From NCBI GenBank assembly GCA_009914755.4, contig CP086569.2:3744001-3808000 (forward strand): a stretch of 64,000 nucleotides of DNA, in the 5' to 3' direction. Numbering within the stretch: position 1 is the stretch's first letter; every line of letters begins with the position of its first letter. A program made the position numbers and the translations under genes. The notes below the pieces were generated by a model. That model was not told where the DNA came from and made no database searches. It saw only the letters and a list, made by a program, of their open reading frames with translations. Of this stretch, positions 11,758 to 27,952 are shown in pieces. Source of the DNA: the human T2T-CHM13v2.0 reference genome, Homo sapiens.

Positions 11758-14700
11758 AATGTTTGATGTAAGAATTGCTTGAGATAAGTGTCTATTTATC
11801 ACAATACCTAGGACATAGTAACCACACAATAAATTATTTATTAATACTGAATGGTGGAATGGGAAGGTATCTATATTATGTGAAATCAAAGACACACATC
11901 ATATCTCTCCTTCACCAGCCCCCTCACTGTGCAAACAACACAATATAACAACATATAAACAGACAGACACATGAAAATGTTTTGTCTCAGAAGTATTCTT
12001 AAGGCATGACAAATTGAAGACTTTCCCTGTGCCGTGGGAGGACATAATCTCACCCTGTAGTAGATTCTCAGTAGTTCCTGGTATAGGGTGAGAGATAAGG
12101 GGGTACTACTATATGCTGGTGCCAAAGAGGATGTAAGATGTGCATACAATAGGATATAAAATACTTTTACTTCTATAAGCCATATATAAATATCAAATCA
12201 GCACCATGGGGGTGATGTAGCATGTATGGGGCTGTCTAGTAACAACTGACTTGTATAACATTATTAAAACAGGAAAGAGGGTAATATATGGAGCACCATA
12301 CCCTGATCAGGGCATCTTTCTCTGAATGTTTCTGCAGACTCTGACTCTGGTTTCTGGAGGGATAATCAGTAAAATTTTTGGTGGGAGTTAAATGTAGCTT
12401 TTTTCCTGCAGACATCTTTTCAACTGCAAATATACTTGGACATGACTAAGTGACAAGTTAGCCATCACTCACTGTAAATGAGTTTATGGGAAAGCAGTAA
12501 AGGAGAGGGGAAATATTGATGTGGAAAATAGCTTTTTAAAAATTCACATCATGAATTCTACACTGTAAGTTTATGTCATTTCTTCTTTATGAAATTTCTG
12601 TATTTGATTATAACACTTACTTCAAAACTGATTGTACCTTAAAATCATCATAAATGTGTTTGAGGGTATCATTGTCTCTTCAACACTCACTCCTGAAAAC
12701 TTGTATACTTAATGAATATTCACATAACAGAGTTTTTATATAGTTAGATGCCTGCTTACTCTAAGAGAAATAAAACAGACTTTCTGGCCGTTACCTTATT
12801 GAGCCAGTGATCAAACACACAACCACACAAAATATACATATAAAGAGTTTCCCTTAGGACACAGGAGCCCATATTAATGGATTCAGTACTTTTATGTTAA
12901 GTTAATCCTTGGCATCTATCATCAGTTGAGTATTATTAAAAAGTATCAAGCAGCATACATCTGTGGAATCATTTATTCTGTTACCACCCTGAAGAAGGCA
13001 GTGAGCTGATACACTGCTGCTACTATATTGGCAATAATAGACAATGATTATTATTTTCTTAGTTCACAGGAAATTACAAATTCAGGTACATTTTAAAAGA
13101 GAACCTACTGCTATATACAAACTCCAAGTAGCAATATAACTCATTTTTCCCTATTTTTCAAAGTCTCAGGGCAATGCAAAAATGCATAATCAAGGTTTTT
13201 CCCATGCTAGTGGCAAAGATATTTTAAGTGCAGAATGAAACCTAAAGATTTCTTAGGTTTATTCATTATGTACAACATTTATAGTCAAGGTAAACTTCAT
13301 TACTTCTTAATTAAGAGTAAGTGAAAAAAATCATGATTTTAAGAAGAACATTTATGAGTGCAACATTGAGTTAATATTGATTAGTGAGAATCATCCTTAT
13401 GTTGATGTCACCATTGAGGAATATGTTCCTTAAACAGCTTATACCAATATAAGGTCATCAAAGTTGGATTTAATTCTGGTGTTGTGCTTGGCAAAGCAGA
13501 CATCTGCCTACACAGTAAGATTAAGGAGAGTTAGAAAGAAAAGCAGCCTACATTCATGCCCCAAATAATTCTTATTCCTATTAGAAAAGTATCTGAAATA
13601 CAACTATTAGTGTCCTAAAACATGTGTTTAAGTCACTCAGTCATCAGTTTAAATATAAAATTTCAGTAAAAAATATAGCACACATGTTGGGGCATAGTCA
13701 TTTAGAGTCCATTGACCAAATCCCTGTCCCAAAAATAAATATAACATAATAAAGAAAATCCAAAATAAAAACAAAAAATGACCTGTGTATTTCTTGGTTT
13801 TATCCCAAATGGCTACGTGGGTGAAATTTGTTATTTTTTTAAATAAATAGAATTTATAAAAATGTACATTTTTGTCCCCTGGGGTTCTTTTATTCTTATT
13901 AATCAATCTTCTGTTATGCTTTCCATAAGAAATATCTTACATTTAAGTCTTAGTTGAGAACCATAAAGATACGATCCCAGCAGAGCCAAATAAATGTTAA
14001 GAAGGTACAATTATGAATGAAGCTGGCTGCATGTGAGATACTAGGGAGTGATAAGATACATATAATAAACTTGGGAACATGATATGTCTAAAGACATTCA
14101 AATAAAGTTTTTTTAAAGACATAGGATGTGGCACACCAAATATATCTGCAGGAGGTGCCTAGTTGAAACCACTGCCCATTGTTCATCCACACTCACAGCT
14201 TGATTTGTCTATTAATATGAAGGAATGCAGCTCCTTAAGATTCAACACAGAATGGGCACAGAGTACATTGTCCTAGCCACCACCGAGCCCAATTAACAAA
14301 TGGTCCCTGGACATTGCTATGAGGTGTTCTTTTCTGAGTATTTTTAACATCGGATCTTACAAAATCTTTCTACTTATCTCACGTAGACACAGTAATTGTT
14401 TTCTCAATGCTTCTAGAATGCATTGTGTGTTTCTCTGTTATGGCACTTGTCATCTGGTGCTATAATAGTTTGTTGGCAAGTTTTTTCCTTCACTGGACCA
14501 TAAGCACCTCAAGAGCAAAGTCTAGGGCTTATCTTATTGTGAAAGCCCATTACTCAGTATTTTGTTGGCCCTCGTATGCGCATATTTGTCTCCCACAAAC
14601 ATTGCATTTTTTGAAGTCGTTTTTCTTTTTTCTTTTTCTTTTAGAATATAGGTGAGAAGAGAGAAGAATGGTAGATAAATACTGGGGTTAGAGTAGTTTA

Positions 14701-16569
14701 GTTTTGAACATTTTTACATCTGCTTTAAAAATTAAAGCATAGTAAGATGTGTACAATTTTATTACACCTTTAGTTAAAGTTCTAAAGGGAAGATGGTGGG
14801 GGGCGGGATGCAGTATTGTAAAATACTTTACATGCACATGAATAATTTACATTTCCTTTAAGGCAACTTGTTTAAGTTAAGGTATTTAGAAAGATTAACT
14901 TCTAGGGCTATTTGCTATTTTTGTGGGGTCACAGAAATTTCAGGGTCAGGTCATGGAGGAGAGTTATTATTGAGAAATGTGATTTTATAAATCCATCTAA
15001 AGTTGATCAGTTTTGTTGGAAAGTATTTGCAATAATCAAATTTGCTATATTATTATAATAAAACACAGAACATCAATTTCTTAGATTGGGAAATACTCCT
15101 CATATCAATAACTAATACTCCTTGATGTAGCAGCTTCCTCTTGGACATACAAACAAAGAGGATGTGGCAAATTTTAGATTAAAAGACTTTATTGTATTGT
15201 TATTACATTTTTGTCAGCTTAGAATTACTACAAAGGTGGTTGATCATTTCTTAGAAATATTCTCGCTATAGCTTTATGAATTGCTGTTTTCCACCAGGGT
15301 TATATATGTTTAAAGAACAAAGATCTAGAATCAATGTTCTAACTCTGAGAAGCAGAACTGAAGATGCAGAGGCATATTTATGTTATTAAAAACATAACAT
15401 AAAAAAAGATTGAAAATCTTTTTCAGTCAAGAAAAAGATTCTGGTATAGCACTGTTACTTCATCAAAAATAGATAACAATGAATTTGATTTCAGTAAAAT
15501 GTGTATCAGTTACGTGTTAGAGTGGCATATTTCTGATGGTGCAGTATGTTGCTTGAAAAGATTTACATGAGTAACTTATCGAACACATCTCATATCTCTC
15601 AATAGGGTACTCATTTCAGAGGCAAAAGTACTCTGGTCTTGTACCTATATTCAAGAGTTAATCTTTGTTCTAATTTTACTGCCCCTGTGTTTAATGTTAT
15701 GTTTAATTATGCTTAATATTTAAAAGACAATTTACTAAGCATTCATTTTAAAACTCTTTCTGAAGTATAGCCCCTTTAAAGCAAGACAATAGTTTCCATT
15801 CTGAAAAAGGACATATTTTGTTTACAGACTGTGAGAAACACAGAGATTGGCTTTGTATATAAACTCAGGGAATCACTGAGCCAGGATAACAGAGCTGTTG
15901 GAGCTGAAAACTGCAGCAGTAAATTTATACTTTAGAATGCACAAAATCATTCTCCAGAATTGAGAAGAGAAAAAAGAATTGACTTTGACACTTTATAACA
16001 TTTGGTAGTGATTCTTTGTATTTGGGTAAGACTTTTTTTTATCATGTTCTTAAAACCCTTTCAGTTTATGAACTCCTTAGATCTTTATAGCTTTTATTAA
16101 ATTGTATATGTACAATTCATATATATAAATGAAACTCTTAATGAAAAGCAAAGCTTTAAAACAATTGTTAGCACTGAATCTTAGATTATATTTTTCTTCT
16201 TACTAGTTTTAACTTACTAGTTTTATCTACCATTTTCAGTAATATATTTTACGTTATAGTCATATTTATTTTTACCGGAGAGTGCAGTTTTCTCAAATCA
16301 CGACTATTTGGTTGCCTTTGCATTTCTTCTTTCATGAGCAGTGCAAGATCAGAGATAAGCAGTTCCACACACGTTTGTGTCTTTTCACTATATCAACATT
16401 TATTGATGCTATTTCAATCACAAAAGCCACCAGCTACATGGAGTTCCCAAGGAGGCAAATTTCCTTAGTACTTCCCATTCACTTGGTAATGAGACCTTGG
16501 GTACACAGGCACAAGACACTCCACAAGCCAGTCAATATTGCCAATCATACATAATAGTATACTTAATCG

Positions 16570-16894
<325 letters not shown>

Positions 16895-19780
16895 TCATAG
16901 ATTAAACATTTCATAAAGAAATAAAGAAATATTTAACATCAAGAGAAAAGAAATAGAAAAAGGTGTTAATACACTAGTCCATGCAAAGCAACAAAGACAA
17001 AAATAATCTGGTGGTCTGGGCCCAGTGGTCTATTGGAAGAATCCCTGTGTGGGCAGAGAGTTTGGTAATAGATGCTAAGTGCTTATTGGGGTTGATAGTT
17101 ACATGATGTCAGTTAAGATGGCTATTTAGAACTGCTCAAGCCTTGCTCTTTGTATAGCCAGAGTCCTCTGGCAAAAACTGACAGTGGAGGAATGCGCTTG
17201 TTTATGTATGTCTTTACCTGATTGGATGCAGTCTTTATTTTTTTATTTCTTTATTAAGCAAAATATATTTTCCCTGTTGGCAAAGTGCCCTATGAAATGC
17301 AAGATGGAGACGTTTTCTAATATGGAGTTACTTATGTCAAGGGTGCTCTCTCTCCTCTTTAGAACCGTAAATTAGACATATAAATATGTGGCTAGTCCTC
17401 TCTTTCTAAATAACAATGCCTAAATAGAAAATAATAATTAAAGTGAACATAGATGCAGACTAACAATTTCATGTTTAATGAAAGAGTATTTCCAAAATAA
17501 GATAAACAAATAGCTGTCATAAACTACCCATTACTGTCTACAATACGTCCAAAGTACCTATTATCACCACCATTTAAAAACACTGTTCTCAATTTTGTAG
17601 TCACTGAAAACTGGAAATAAAAATAACCAAAATATGTGAAGATAAGAAGGGAGAAGCACCACAATTATTATAATATATACCTACTACGAATCCAGAAAAT
17701 GTAGAAATTCAATTAAAATAACTCACAGCAGGAAGTTTTCTTAACTCACTTCCACTTAACCAATGAGCCACATTACTGACTACCCTCCATTCTCACTGTA
17801 GATTATACTGACTGAAACATAAGTTGTTTTTAGTGAAATCTGTGCTGAATTTTTGGAAAAACTTATGGGGGCAAGTCTTTAAAATATGATATTGAATTAG
17901 GGGAAGTTGTAGTGATTATAAATAATTGAGGAAAGTTTCTAAAAATGTTCATAAATTCTATGCATTGGTTGCAGGGTTGTGCATAAGGTTTACCTAAAAT
18001 GATATTTATCACAGCGTTATTTATTTTAATTATTTAAATAATGGTATATTTTAAAAATATAGAAAACTAGAAAACATATAAGAGAAACCTATGTATCTCT
18101 CAAATAAAAAATAGATATCAATAATTTCCATGTTTGCTTTGAATAATTAAAAAAAACAAATAAACATGGTTGAAAATTACCCTCACTTACCTACTTTCCT
18201 TTCTGTTTACCAAGGGCAACTAGTCAACCAAATTCAGTATTTATAATTCCCATGCACGTTTTACTTTACTTTTATTACATATGTATATATCCAGAAACAT
18301 TATACAGTACTGACGTGTGGGCTTAAAATGTAACAGAAAATGACACCAAACTATAACTCACCTCTCCAACTGGCTTTTTAAACTCTAGATTACATTTCTG
18401 AGACTTAACTATGTGAGTTAACTAGTTGTAAGTAATGTGCAGAATTGCATTATAATCATATACCAAAATTTATCCATTTTCCTGATGATGATCATATAAG
18501 TTAATTCCAATTTTTCTGTATTATGAAAAATGAATATAGTTGAGGTTCCCTCTGCCTGAAAAATATTTTCTGTTGCACAATGGTTAGCTAACTTAATCAC
18601 CACTGAGGAAGCGGAGCCAGATGGTTAAATATAAAGCTCCACTGATAGAAAACTTCCTGCTTTGAGTAGGCATGTGACCTACTGAAACACCAGCTGAGGC
18701 AGCCAAGGGAGTGCTGGCATGACCTCCCTGCTAACCCCAGGCTGCATAGCTTGTGGCTCCAAAAGAGATCCCTTCTTCTGCTTGAGGAGAGGACAAAGAA
18801 GAGTGCAGAGGACTTCGTGTTGCATTTTGGATACCAGCCCAACCACGACAGGATAAGGCACCCATCATGAGGCCTCCATTTCAGGCCATAGCTTTGGGAC
18901 ATTTCCAGACATATCCTGAGCCAGAAGGGAACCCACTGCCTTGAAGAAAAGAAACTCATCCTGCCAGCATTCATCACCCACTAACTGAAGAGCCCCTGGG
19001 CCCTGAAAAACCAGCAGCAATACCCAGGTAGTACATTGAGGGCCTTGATGAGCTTCTAAGACTTGCTGGCTTCAGGTGAGACTAACACATTACCAGCAGT
19101 GGTGTCCAAACTCCTGCTTGAGGAAAGCAGAGGAAAATATAAAGGGGACCTTGTCTTGCATCTTAGGTATCAACTGCCACAAGGGTGTGGAGCACCAAGC
19201 GGGCTCTTGGGGTCCCTGATCCCAGGACTTGACTCTTGGATGGCATGTCTAGACCTTCCAAAGGCAAGAGGGGAGCCCATTGCCCTGAAGGGTGAGTGCA
19301 AGACCAGGCAGTCTTGCACAAGTGGACTTAAGAGACCTTGGGCCTTAATGGAACATCAGTGATAGTCTGGCAGCACTTCTTGTGACCAGGGGTGGCTGTG
19401 GCTATGAGGTAAGTTTCCTCTGCCTTTGGAAAAGGGAGGGAAAAGTGAAATAAACTGCATCTTGTGATTTGAGTATCAGCTCAACACCAGGTAGACTTCT
19501 AAGATTTTTAACTCTAGTCCCTGATACTTGGATGATACTTCTGGACTCACCTGGGGAAAAGGTAACTTACTGCCTTGAAGGGAAAGACATAGGTCTGGCT
19601 GGCATTGCTACCTGCTGATTGTAGAGCTCCAGGACTTTTACTGACATTGGCAGTGGCCAGGGAGTGGTTAAAGCAGGCCTTAGGCAAGACTCAGTGCTGT
19701 GCTGGCTTCAAGACTGACCCAGCACAGTCGTAATGGTGGTGGCCACAAGGGTGCTTCTGTAACTCCACCCCAGCTTTAGG

Positions 19781-19784
<4 letters not shown>

Positions 19785-19826
<42 letters not shown>
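19785..19826. repeat. (GA)n microsatellite inside the L1 5'UTR
   Basis: Direct reading; it produces the SLSLSL run in the ORF-track translations. Confidence 0.95.
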
Positions 19827-19830
<4 letters not shown>

Positions 19831-22089
19831 ATGCTTGGGAGAAAGTAAGAAAAGAGTCTCTGTTTGATAATGCAGAGAATTTTCCTGGATCTTGCCCAAG
19901 GATATCAAGGTGATACTTCTGTGAGTCTAAAAGAACCACAGCATTGCTGGCCTTGGGGTTTCTCCTAAAGCAGAAACAGCTTAGATCACAACATCCAAGT
20001 CTTCTCAATATCTGGAAAGCCTTCACAAGAAGGATGGCTACGAATAAGCCCAGACAGTTAAGACTGCAATAAATACCTAACTCTTCAATGCTCAGACACC
20101 AAAGAACATCTACTAGCATCAACACCAACCAGGAAAACATGACCATGTCAAATGAGCTACATAAGGCACCAAGGACCAATTCTGGAGAAATAGAGATATG
20201 ACCTTTCGGACAGAAAATTCAAAATGGCTGTGTTGAGGAAATTCAGATAAATTCAAGATAACATAGATAAGAAATTAAGAATTATATAAGATAAATTTAA
20301 CAAAAGAGATTGAAATCATTAAAAAAATTCAACAAAAATTCTGGAGCTGGAAAAGGAAATTGGCATACTGAAGAATGCATGAGTGTGAATTGCTGGCAGA
20401 ACTGATCAGACAGGAGAAAGAAATAGTGAGTTTGAATATAGGCTACATGAAAATACACAGTCAAAGGAGATAGAAAAAAAAAAGAATAAAAACCAAGAAA
20501 GCACACCTACAGAATCTAGAAAATAGCCTCAAAAGGGCCAGTCTAAGAGTTATTGGCCTTAAAGAGGAGGCAGAGAAAGAGAGGGGTAGGAGAGATGAAA
20601 AAAGTTGTGGATAGGAGGCGGGACTAAATTGCAGCTCTCACTTGGATGGACAGAGCACCATGGGAAGACTTGCACTGTGAACTTTTGCTCTAAGAAGTAC
20701 TTCAGGAATAAACCAGGAAAGCCGAGGGAATCCACAGACCCTTTGAAGGAAGTGGATTGCTCCTGCAGGACATGGGAGACAGCCCAAATATTGTGAGTGC
20801 CCAAAATGTGAAAGTGGAAAAGGGGGACTATCCACCCCTGAACACACACCCTCACTGGGGAACCTGAATGTCCAGATCACGGGAGAAGGATTTGACCTTA
20901 CCTGGAACTGAGAAAATTTAGAGAGCTGAGTGAAATACAGGGGTAGAGGAAGCAGTGGGAAAAGCCCTGTGGGCTCTGTGGGTCCCCAGGGAAGCCATTT
21001 TTGACTTGTCTCATAGGGGTCCTTGGGGAGGGCTGCCAGAGGAACTGGAAAAAGAACACAAGGAGAAGGAAACCTCCAGTTGAACTTTGTAACAATTCCA
21101 ACCAAGGGTGAAGATTCCTGGCCAGAACTTGGGGAAGAGCATGAATCTGGTTTGCAGACTCAACAGGTGGAGAGGTGCAAAAGCCCTGTTTGCTTTCTTA
21201 GCTGGGAGGCTGATAGCCTAGAGCAAGTTCTCAGCCCTGCTCATCCACTGCTGGGAACAAACTTGGTGCTATTGGGATGGCATGGAGGGAGTGACACCAG
21301 CCTTTTGGGTTGCACAGGAGCTGAGTGAGGCCTGTAACTGCTGGCATTCCCCAACTTCCCTGAAAACCTGCATGAAACAGCAGAGGCAGCCATAATCATT
21401 TTGGGAACATAACTACATTGACCTGGAAACAACAACCCCATCCCCACGCAGCTGCAGCAAGGAGAGTCTAAGCTCAGATAGGCCTTACACTGCCTCCACC
21501 TTATGGTCTTTCCCTACCTGCCCTGGTAGCTGAAGACAAAGGTCATATTCTCTTGGGAATGCTAGGGCCCCACCCACCACCTGACCCTCCTGTATACTAC
21601 CACATCTGATGCTCTCTTGAAAGCACCAACTCCAGGAAGGAGACCAACTAGCACAAAACTAATGCATTAAACAACTACAACTAAGGACTCTCACAGAGTC
21701 CATTTTACTCCCCTGCCACCTCCACTGGAGCAGGTGCTGGTATCCATGGCTGAGAGACCTGAAGATGGTTCACATCACAAAACTCTATGCAGACACCCCA
21801 CAAGACCAGCCCAGGGCCTGGTAGGCCTGCTGGGTGGCTAGATCAATAAGAGAAATAACAATCACTACAGCACAGATCTAAGTAAGCCACATTTATAGAA
21901 AAAGGGAAATAGTGCTACATCAAGGATACACCCCATGGCCAAAAAAGAATCTGAACAGCAGCCTTGAGCCCCAGATCTTCCCTCTGAGTTAGCCTACCTA
22001 AATGAGAAGAAACCAGAAAAACAATCCTGCTAATAAGACAAAACAGGGTTCTTTAACACCCCCCAAAAAATCACACTAGGGCAGCAGCA

Positions 22090-23000
22090 ATGGATTCAAA
22101 CCAGGAAGAGATCCCTGAATTACAAGAAAAAGAATTCAGGTCAATTATTAAGCTAATCAAGGAGGTACCAGATAAACTTTAAGTTCAATTTAAAGAAATC
22201 AAAACAATGATACAATATATGAGTGCAGAAACCTTCAGTGAAATAGATAGCTTAAATAAAAAACAAGTGCAACTTCAGGAAATAAAGGACACACTTAGAT
22301 AAATGCAAAGGGTTCTAGAAGGTCTTAGCAATAGAGTCAAACAAGCAGAAGAAAGAACTTCAGAGCTCAAAGACAAGGTTTGAGAAATAACCCAACCCAA
22401 CAAAGACAAATGAAAAATAATTTTAAGAAAATGAACAAAGGCTCCAAGGAGTTTGAGATTATGTTTAATGACTAAATGCCAGTTATAAGAATAACTGGCA
22501 CTCTTGAGGAAGAAAAGAAATCTAAAAGTTTGGAAAATATATTTGGGGAAATAATTGAGGAAAACTTTCCTGACCTCTCTAGAGATCTAGATATCCAAAT
22601 ACAGGAAACTCAAAGAAAATTCATCACAAAAAAATAATCACCTAGGCACATAGTCATCAGGTTATCTAAACTCAACATGAAGAAAGCATCTTAAGAGTTG
22701 TGAGGCAAAGGCACCATGTAGCCTACAAAGAAAAACCTATCAGATTAACAGCATATTTCTCAGCAGAAACCCTACAAGCTAAAAGGAATTGGTGCCCTAT
22801 TTTCAGCCCCCTTAAACAAAACAATTATCAGCCAAGAATTTTCTATCCAGTGAAATGAAGCTTGATAAATGAAAGATACAGTTTTTCTCAGACAAACAAA
22901 TGCTGAGAGAATTCACCACTACCAAGCCAGCACTATAAGAACTACTAAAAGGAGCTCTAAATCTTGAAACAAATCCTGAAAACACATAGAAGCAGTACCT
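22090..23000 (+). pseudogene. L1 ORF1 remnant with multiple stops
   Basis: L1 ORF1p-like frame (..IFGEIIEENFPDLSRDLDIQIQETQRK..SPRHIVIRLSKLNMK..) interrupted by stops; no ORF longer than 100 aa in the track. Confidence 0.75.
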
Positions 23001-24137
23001 CTTTAAAGCATGAGTCTCACAGGACCTATAAAACAAAAATAAGAAAAATAAATAAATTAATTTAAAAAAACAAGATGTTCAGGCAATAAATAGCACAATG
23101 AATGGAATTGTAACGTTGAATATAAATAGCCTAAATGCGCCACTTAAAAGATAAAGAATAGCAGAATGGATAACAATTCACCAACCAAGGGTCTGCTGCC
23201 TTCAAAAGACTCACCTAACACATAGGGACTCATATAAACTTAAGGTAAAGGAGTGGAAAAAGACATTTTATGCAAATAGACACCCAAAACAAGCAGTAGT
23301 AGCTATTCTTCTATCAGACATAACAAACTTTTTTTTAAAAAAAGCAATTTAAAAAGACAAAGAGGGACTTTATATAATGATAAATAGCTTTGTCCAACAT
23401 GAAAATATCACAATTCTAAATATATACGCACCTAACACTGGAGATCTCAAATTTATAAAACAATTACTAATAGACCTAAGAAATGAGATGGACAGCAACA
23501 CAATAATAGTGGAGGATTTTAATACTCCAGTGACAGCACTAGACAAGTCATCAAAACAGAAAGTCAACAAAGAAAATATGAATTTAAACTATACCCAAGA
23601 ACAAATGGACTTAACAGGTATTTACAGAACATTTTACATAACAACTGCAGAATAAACATTCTGTTCATCAGTGCATGGAAATTTATCCAAGATAGACCAT
23701 ATGACAGTCCACAAAACAAGTCTCAATAGAACTTTAAAAAATAAAGTTTTATCAAGTACTCTCTCAGACCACAGTGGAAAAAAATTGGAAATCAACTCCA
23801 AAAGGAAACTTCAAAACCATGCAAGTACATAGAAATTAAATAAACTGTTCCTGAATGATTATTGGGTAAACAATGAAATCAAGATGAAAATTTAAAAAAC
23901 GTACTTGAACTGAATGATAATGGTGATGCAACCTGTCAAAACCACTGAGATAGGACAAAGGTAGTGCTAAGAGGAAAGTCCATAGCCTTAAATGCCTACA
24001 TCAAAAAGTCCAAAAGAGCACAAATAGATAGTCTAAGGTCAAATCTCAAGGAACTGGAGAAATAAGAACAAACCAAACCCAAATTCACCAGAAGAAAATA
24101 AGTAATCAAGAACAGAGCAGAACTAAATGAAATTGAA

Positions 24138-24170
24138 ACACACACACACACACACACACACTCACACAAA
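24138..24170. repeat. (CA)n microsatellite
   Basis: Direct reading: acacacacacacacacacacactcacacaaa. Confidence 0.9.
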
Positions 24171-24780
24171 TACAAAAGATAAATGAAACAAAAAGCTGTT
24201 TCTTTTTAAAGATAAATAAAATTGACAGAACATTCACAAGGTTAACCAAGAAAAGAAGAAACAAGATGCAAATAAGTTCAATTAAAAATGAAATGGGAGA
24301 TATTACAACTGACACAACAGAAATATAAAAGGTCATTTAATGATATTATGAACACATAGTTTATGTGCGTAAATTACAAAACCTAGAGACTATGGATAAA
24401 TTCCTGGAAATATACAACCATCCTAGCTTAAATAAGGAATAATTAGAAATCCTGAAGAGACTAATAAGAAGCAGTAAGATTAAAATGCATATAAAAAATT
24501 ACCAACAAAAAAGGTCCATGACCAGACAGATTCACAGCTGAATTCAATCAGACATTCAAAGAGGAATTGGTACCAATTTTACTCACACTATTCTACAAGA
24601 CAGAGGAAAAGGAAATCCTCTCTAAATGAATCTATGAATCCAGTATCACCATAATACCAAAACCAGAAAAGAACATAACAAAAAAAGAAAACTACAGACC
24701 AATATCCTTGATGAACATAGATGCAAAAATCCTTAACAAAAAATAGCTAATGAAATTCAACAGCATGTCAAAAAGATAAT

Positions 24781-25109
<329 letters not shown>

Positions 25110-25348
25110 AAAGATAATGTATCATAATCAAGTTGGTTTCATTCCAGGGAGGCAGGGATGCAGGGATGGTTTAACATATGCAAGTTAATGAATGTGATAC
25201 ACCATATTAACAGAATTAAAAACAAAAATCATATAATGGTCTCAATAAATGCAGAAAAAGCATTTGACAAAATCCAGCATCACTTTATAATTAAATTCAT
25301 CAGCAAAATTGGCATACAAGAGACATAATTCTATGTAATAAAAGCCAT

Positions 25349-25664
<316 letters not shown>

Positions 25665-27788
25665 CTATGACAAACCCACAGGCAACATAATATTGAATGG
25701 GGAAAATGTTGAAAGCATTCTCCCTGAGATCTAGAACAAGGCAAGGATGCCCACTTTCATCAAATTTATCTGGCATAGTACTGGAAGTTCTAGCCAAACC
25801 AATCAGATAAGAGGAAGAAATAAAGGGTATTTGAATGGGTAAACAGGAAGTCAAACTGTCACTGTTTGCTGACGATATGATTGTATACCTATAAAACCCT
25901 GAAGATTCCTCCAAAAATCTCTTAGAACTAATAAATGAATTCAGCAGTTTCAGGATAAAAAATTAATGTACACAATTCAGTAGTTTTTCTATACATCAAC
26001 AGAGACCAAGCTGAGAATCAAATCACGAACTAAAACCCTTTTACAATAGCTGTGAAAAAAATAAAACACTTAAAATTATACCTAACCAAGGAGGTAAAAG
26101 ACATCTACAAATAAAATTTCAAAACACTCCTGAAATAAATCATAGATGACAGAAAAAATTGAAAACATATTTTGTTCTCATAGATGAGTAGAATCAATAT
26201 TGTGAAATGGCCATACTGCCAAAAGCAATCTACACATTCAATGCAATTCCCATGAAAGTACCAACATTATTCCTCACAGAGCTAGAAAAAACAATCCCAA
26301 CATTCATATGGAACCAAAAAAGAGCCCACATAGGCAAAGCAAGACTAAGCAAAGAGAACAAGTCCGAAGGCATCACATTACCTGACTTCAAACTATACTA
26401 TGAAGCTATAGTCACCAAAACAGCATGGTACTGGTATAAAATTTGGCACAGACCAATGGAACAAAATAGAAAACCCAGAAATAAACTGAAATACTTACAG
26501 CCACCTGATCCTTGACAAAGCACACGAAAACATAAATTGGGGAAATGACACCCCATTCAACAAATCTTGCTGGGATATTTGGCAAGCCACATGTAGGAGA
26601 ATGAAACCAGATTCTCATCTCTTACTTTACACAAAAGTCAACCCAAGATGGATCAAGGATTTAAATCTAAGACCTAAAACTATAAAAATTCTAGAAGATA
26701 ACATAAGAAAAACCATTTTAGACATTGGCTTAGACAAAGAATTCATGACCAAGAACTCAAAAGAAAATGCAACATAAACAAAGATAACTAGGTTGGACTT
26801 CACTAAAGAGCTTCTGCACAGCAAAAGGAACTTCCAGCAGAGTAAACAGCCCTCAGAGTGAGAGAAAATCTTCACAACCTATACATTCAACAAAAGACTA
26901 ATATCCAGAATCTACAAGGAACTCAAACAAATTAGCAACAAAAAATCTAACAATCCCTTCAAAAAGTGGGTTAAACACATGCATAGACAATTCCCAAAAT
27001 AAAACATACTAAATGGCCAACAAGCATGTGATAAAATGCTCAACATCACTAATGATCAGGAGCAAGCAAATCAAAACCACAATGCTATACCACCTTACAC
27101 CTGTAAGAATGGCCATTATCAAAAAATTTAAAAAAATAATAGATCTTGGCATGGATGCAGGAAAAGAGGAGCACTTCTACACTGCTGGTGGAAATGTAAA
27201 CTAGTACAACCACTATGGAAAACAGTGTGGAGATTTCTTAAAAAACTAAAAGTAGAACTACCATTTTATCCAGCAATCCCATGACTGGGTATCTACCCAG
27301 AGGAAAAGAAGTCATTATATTAAAAAGATACTTGCACACATATGTTTATAGCAGCACAAGTCACAATTGCAAAAATATGAAACCAGCCCAATTGCCCATC
27401 AATGAATGAGTGGATAAAGAAATTTTGGCATGTATGTATGATGGAGTAATACTCAAGTCATAAAAAAGAATGGATTAATGGCATTTACAACAACCTGCAT
27501 GGAACTGGAGATTATTATTCTAAGTAAAGTAACTCAGAAATGGAAAACCAAACATTGTATGTTCTCACTTATAAGTGGAAGCTAACCTGTGGGGATACAA
27601 AGTCATAAGAATGATACAATGGACTTTAGGGACTTGAGGGAAAGGGTGGGAGGAGGGTGAGGCATAATATACTACAAATTGTGTTGTGTATACTGCTCAG
27701 GTGATAGGTGCAGCAAAATCTCACAAATCACCACCAAAGAATTTACTCATGTAGTCAAACACCATCTGCTTTCCAAAAACCTATAAAA

Positions 27789-27790
27789 AG

Positions 27791-27821
<31 letters not shown>
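27789..27821. repeat. (TG)n microsatellite at the L1 3' end
   Basis: Direct reading. Confidence 0.95.
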
Positions 27822-27833
<12 letters not shown>

Positions 27834-27952
27834 TAAAACAAAAACAAAACACTAAAAAAGTCTTATGTAATATACCGAGTTCAGAAAAAAAAAGACCTGA
27901 TTAAGGAATAAAGGACTATTTAAGCCATTAAAAAAAAAGAAAAGAAAGAAAC

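Noticed and set aside
19691-20179. 162-aa minus-strand ORF containing the run SLSLSLSLSLSL
   Set aside because: It spans the (GA)n microsatellite within the L1 5'UTR; this is a repeat-driven open frame, not a protein.
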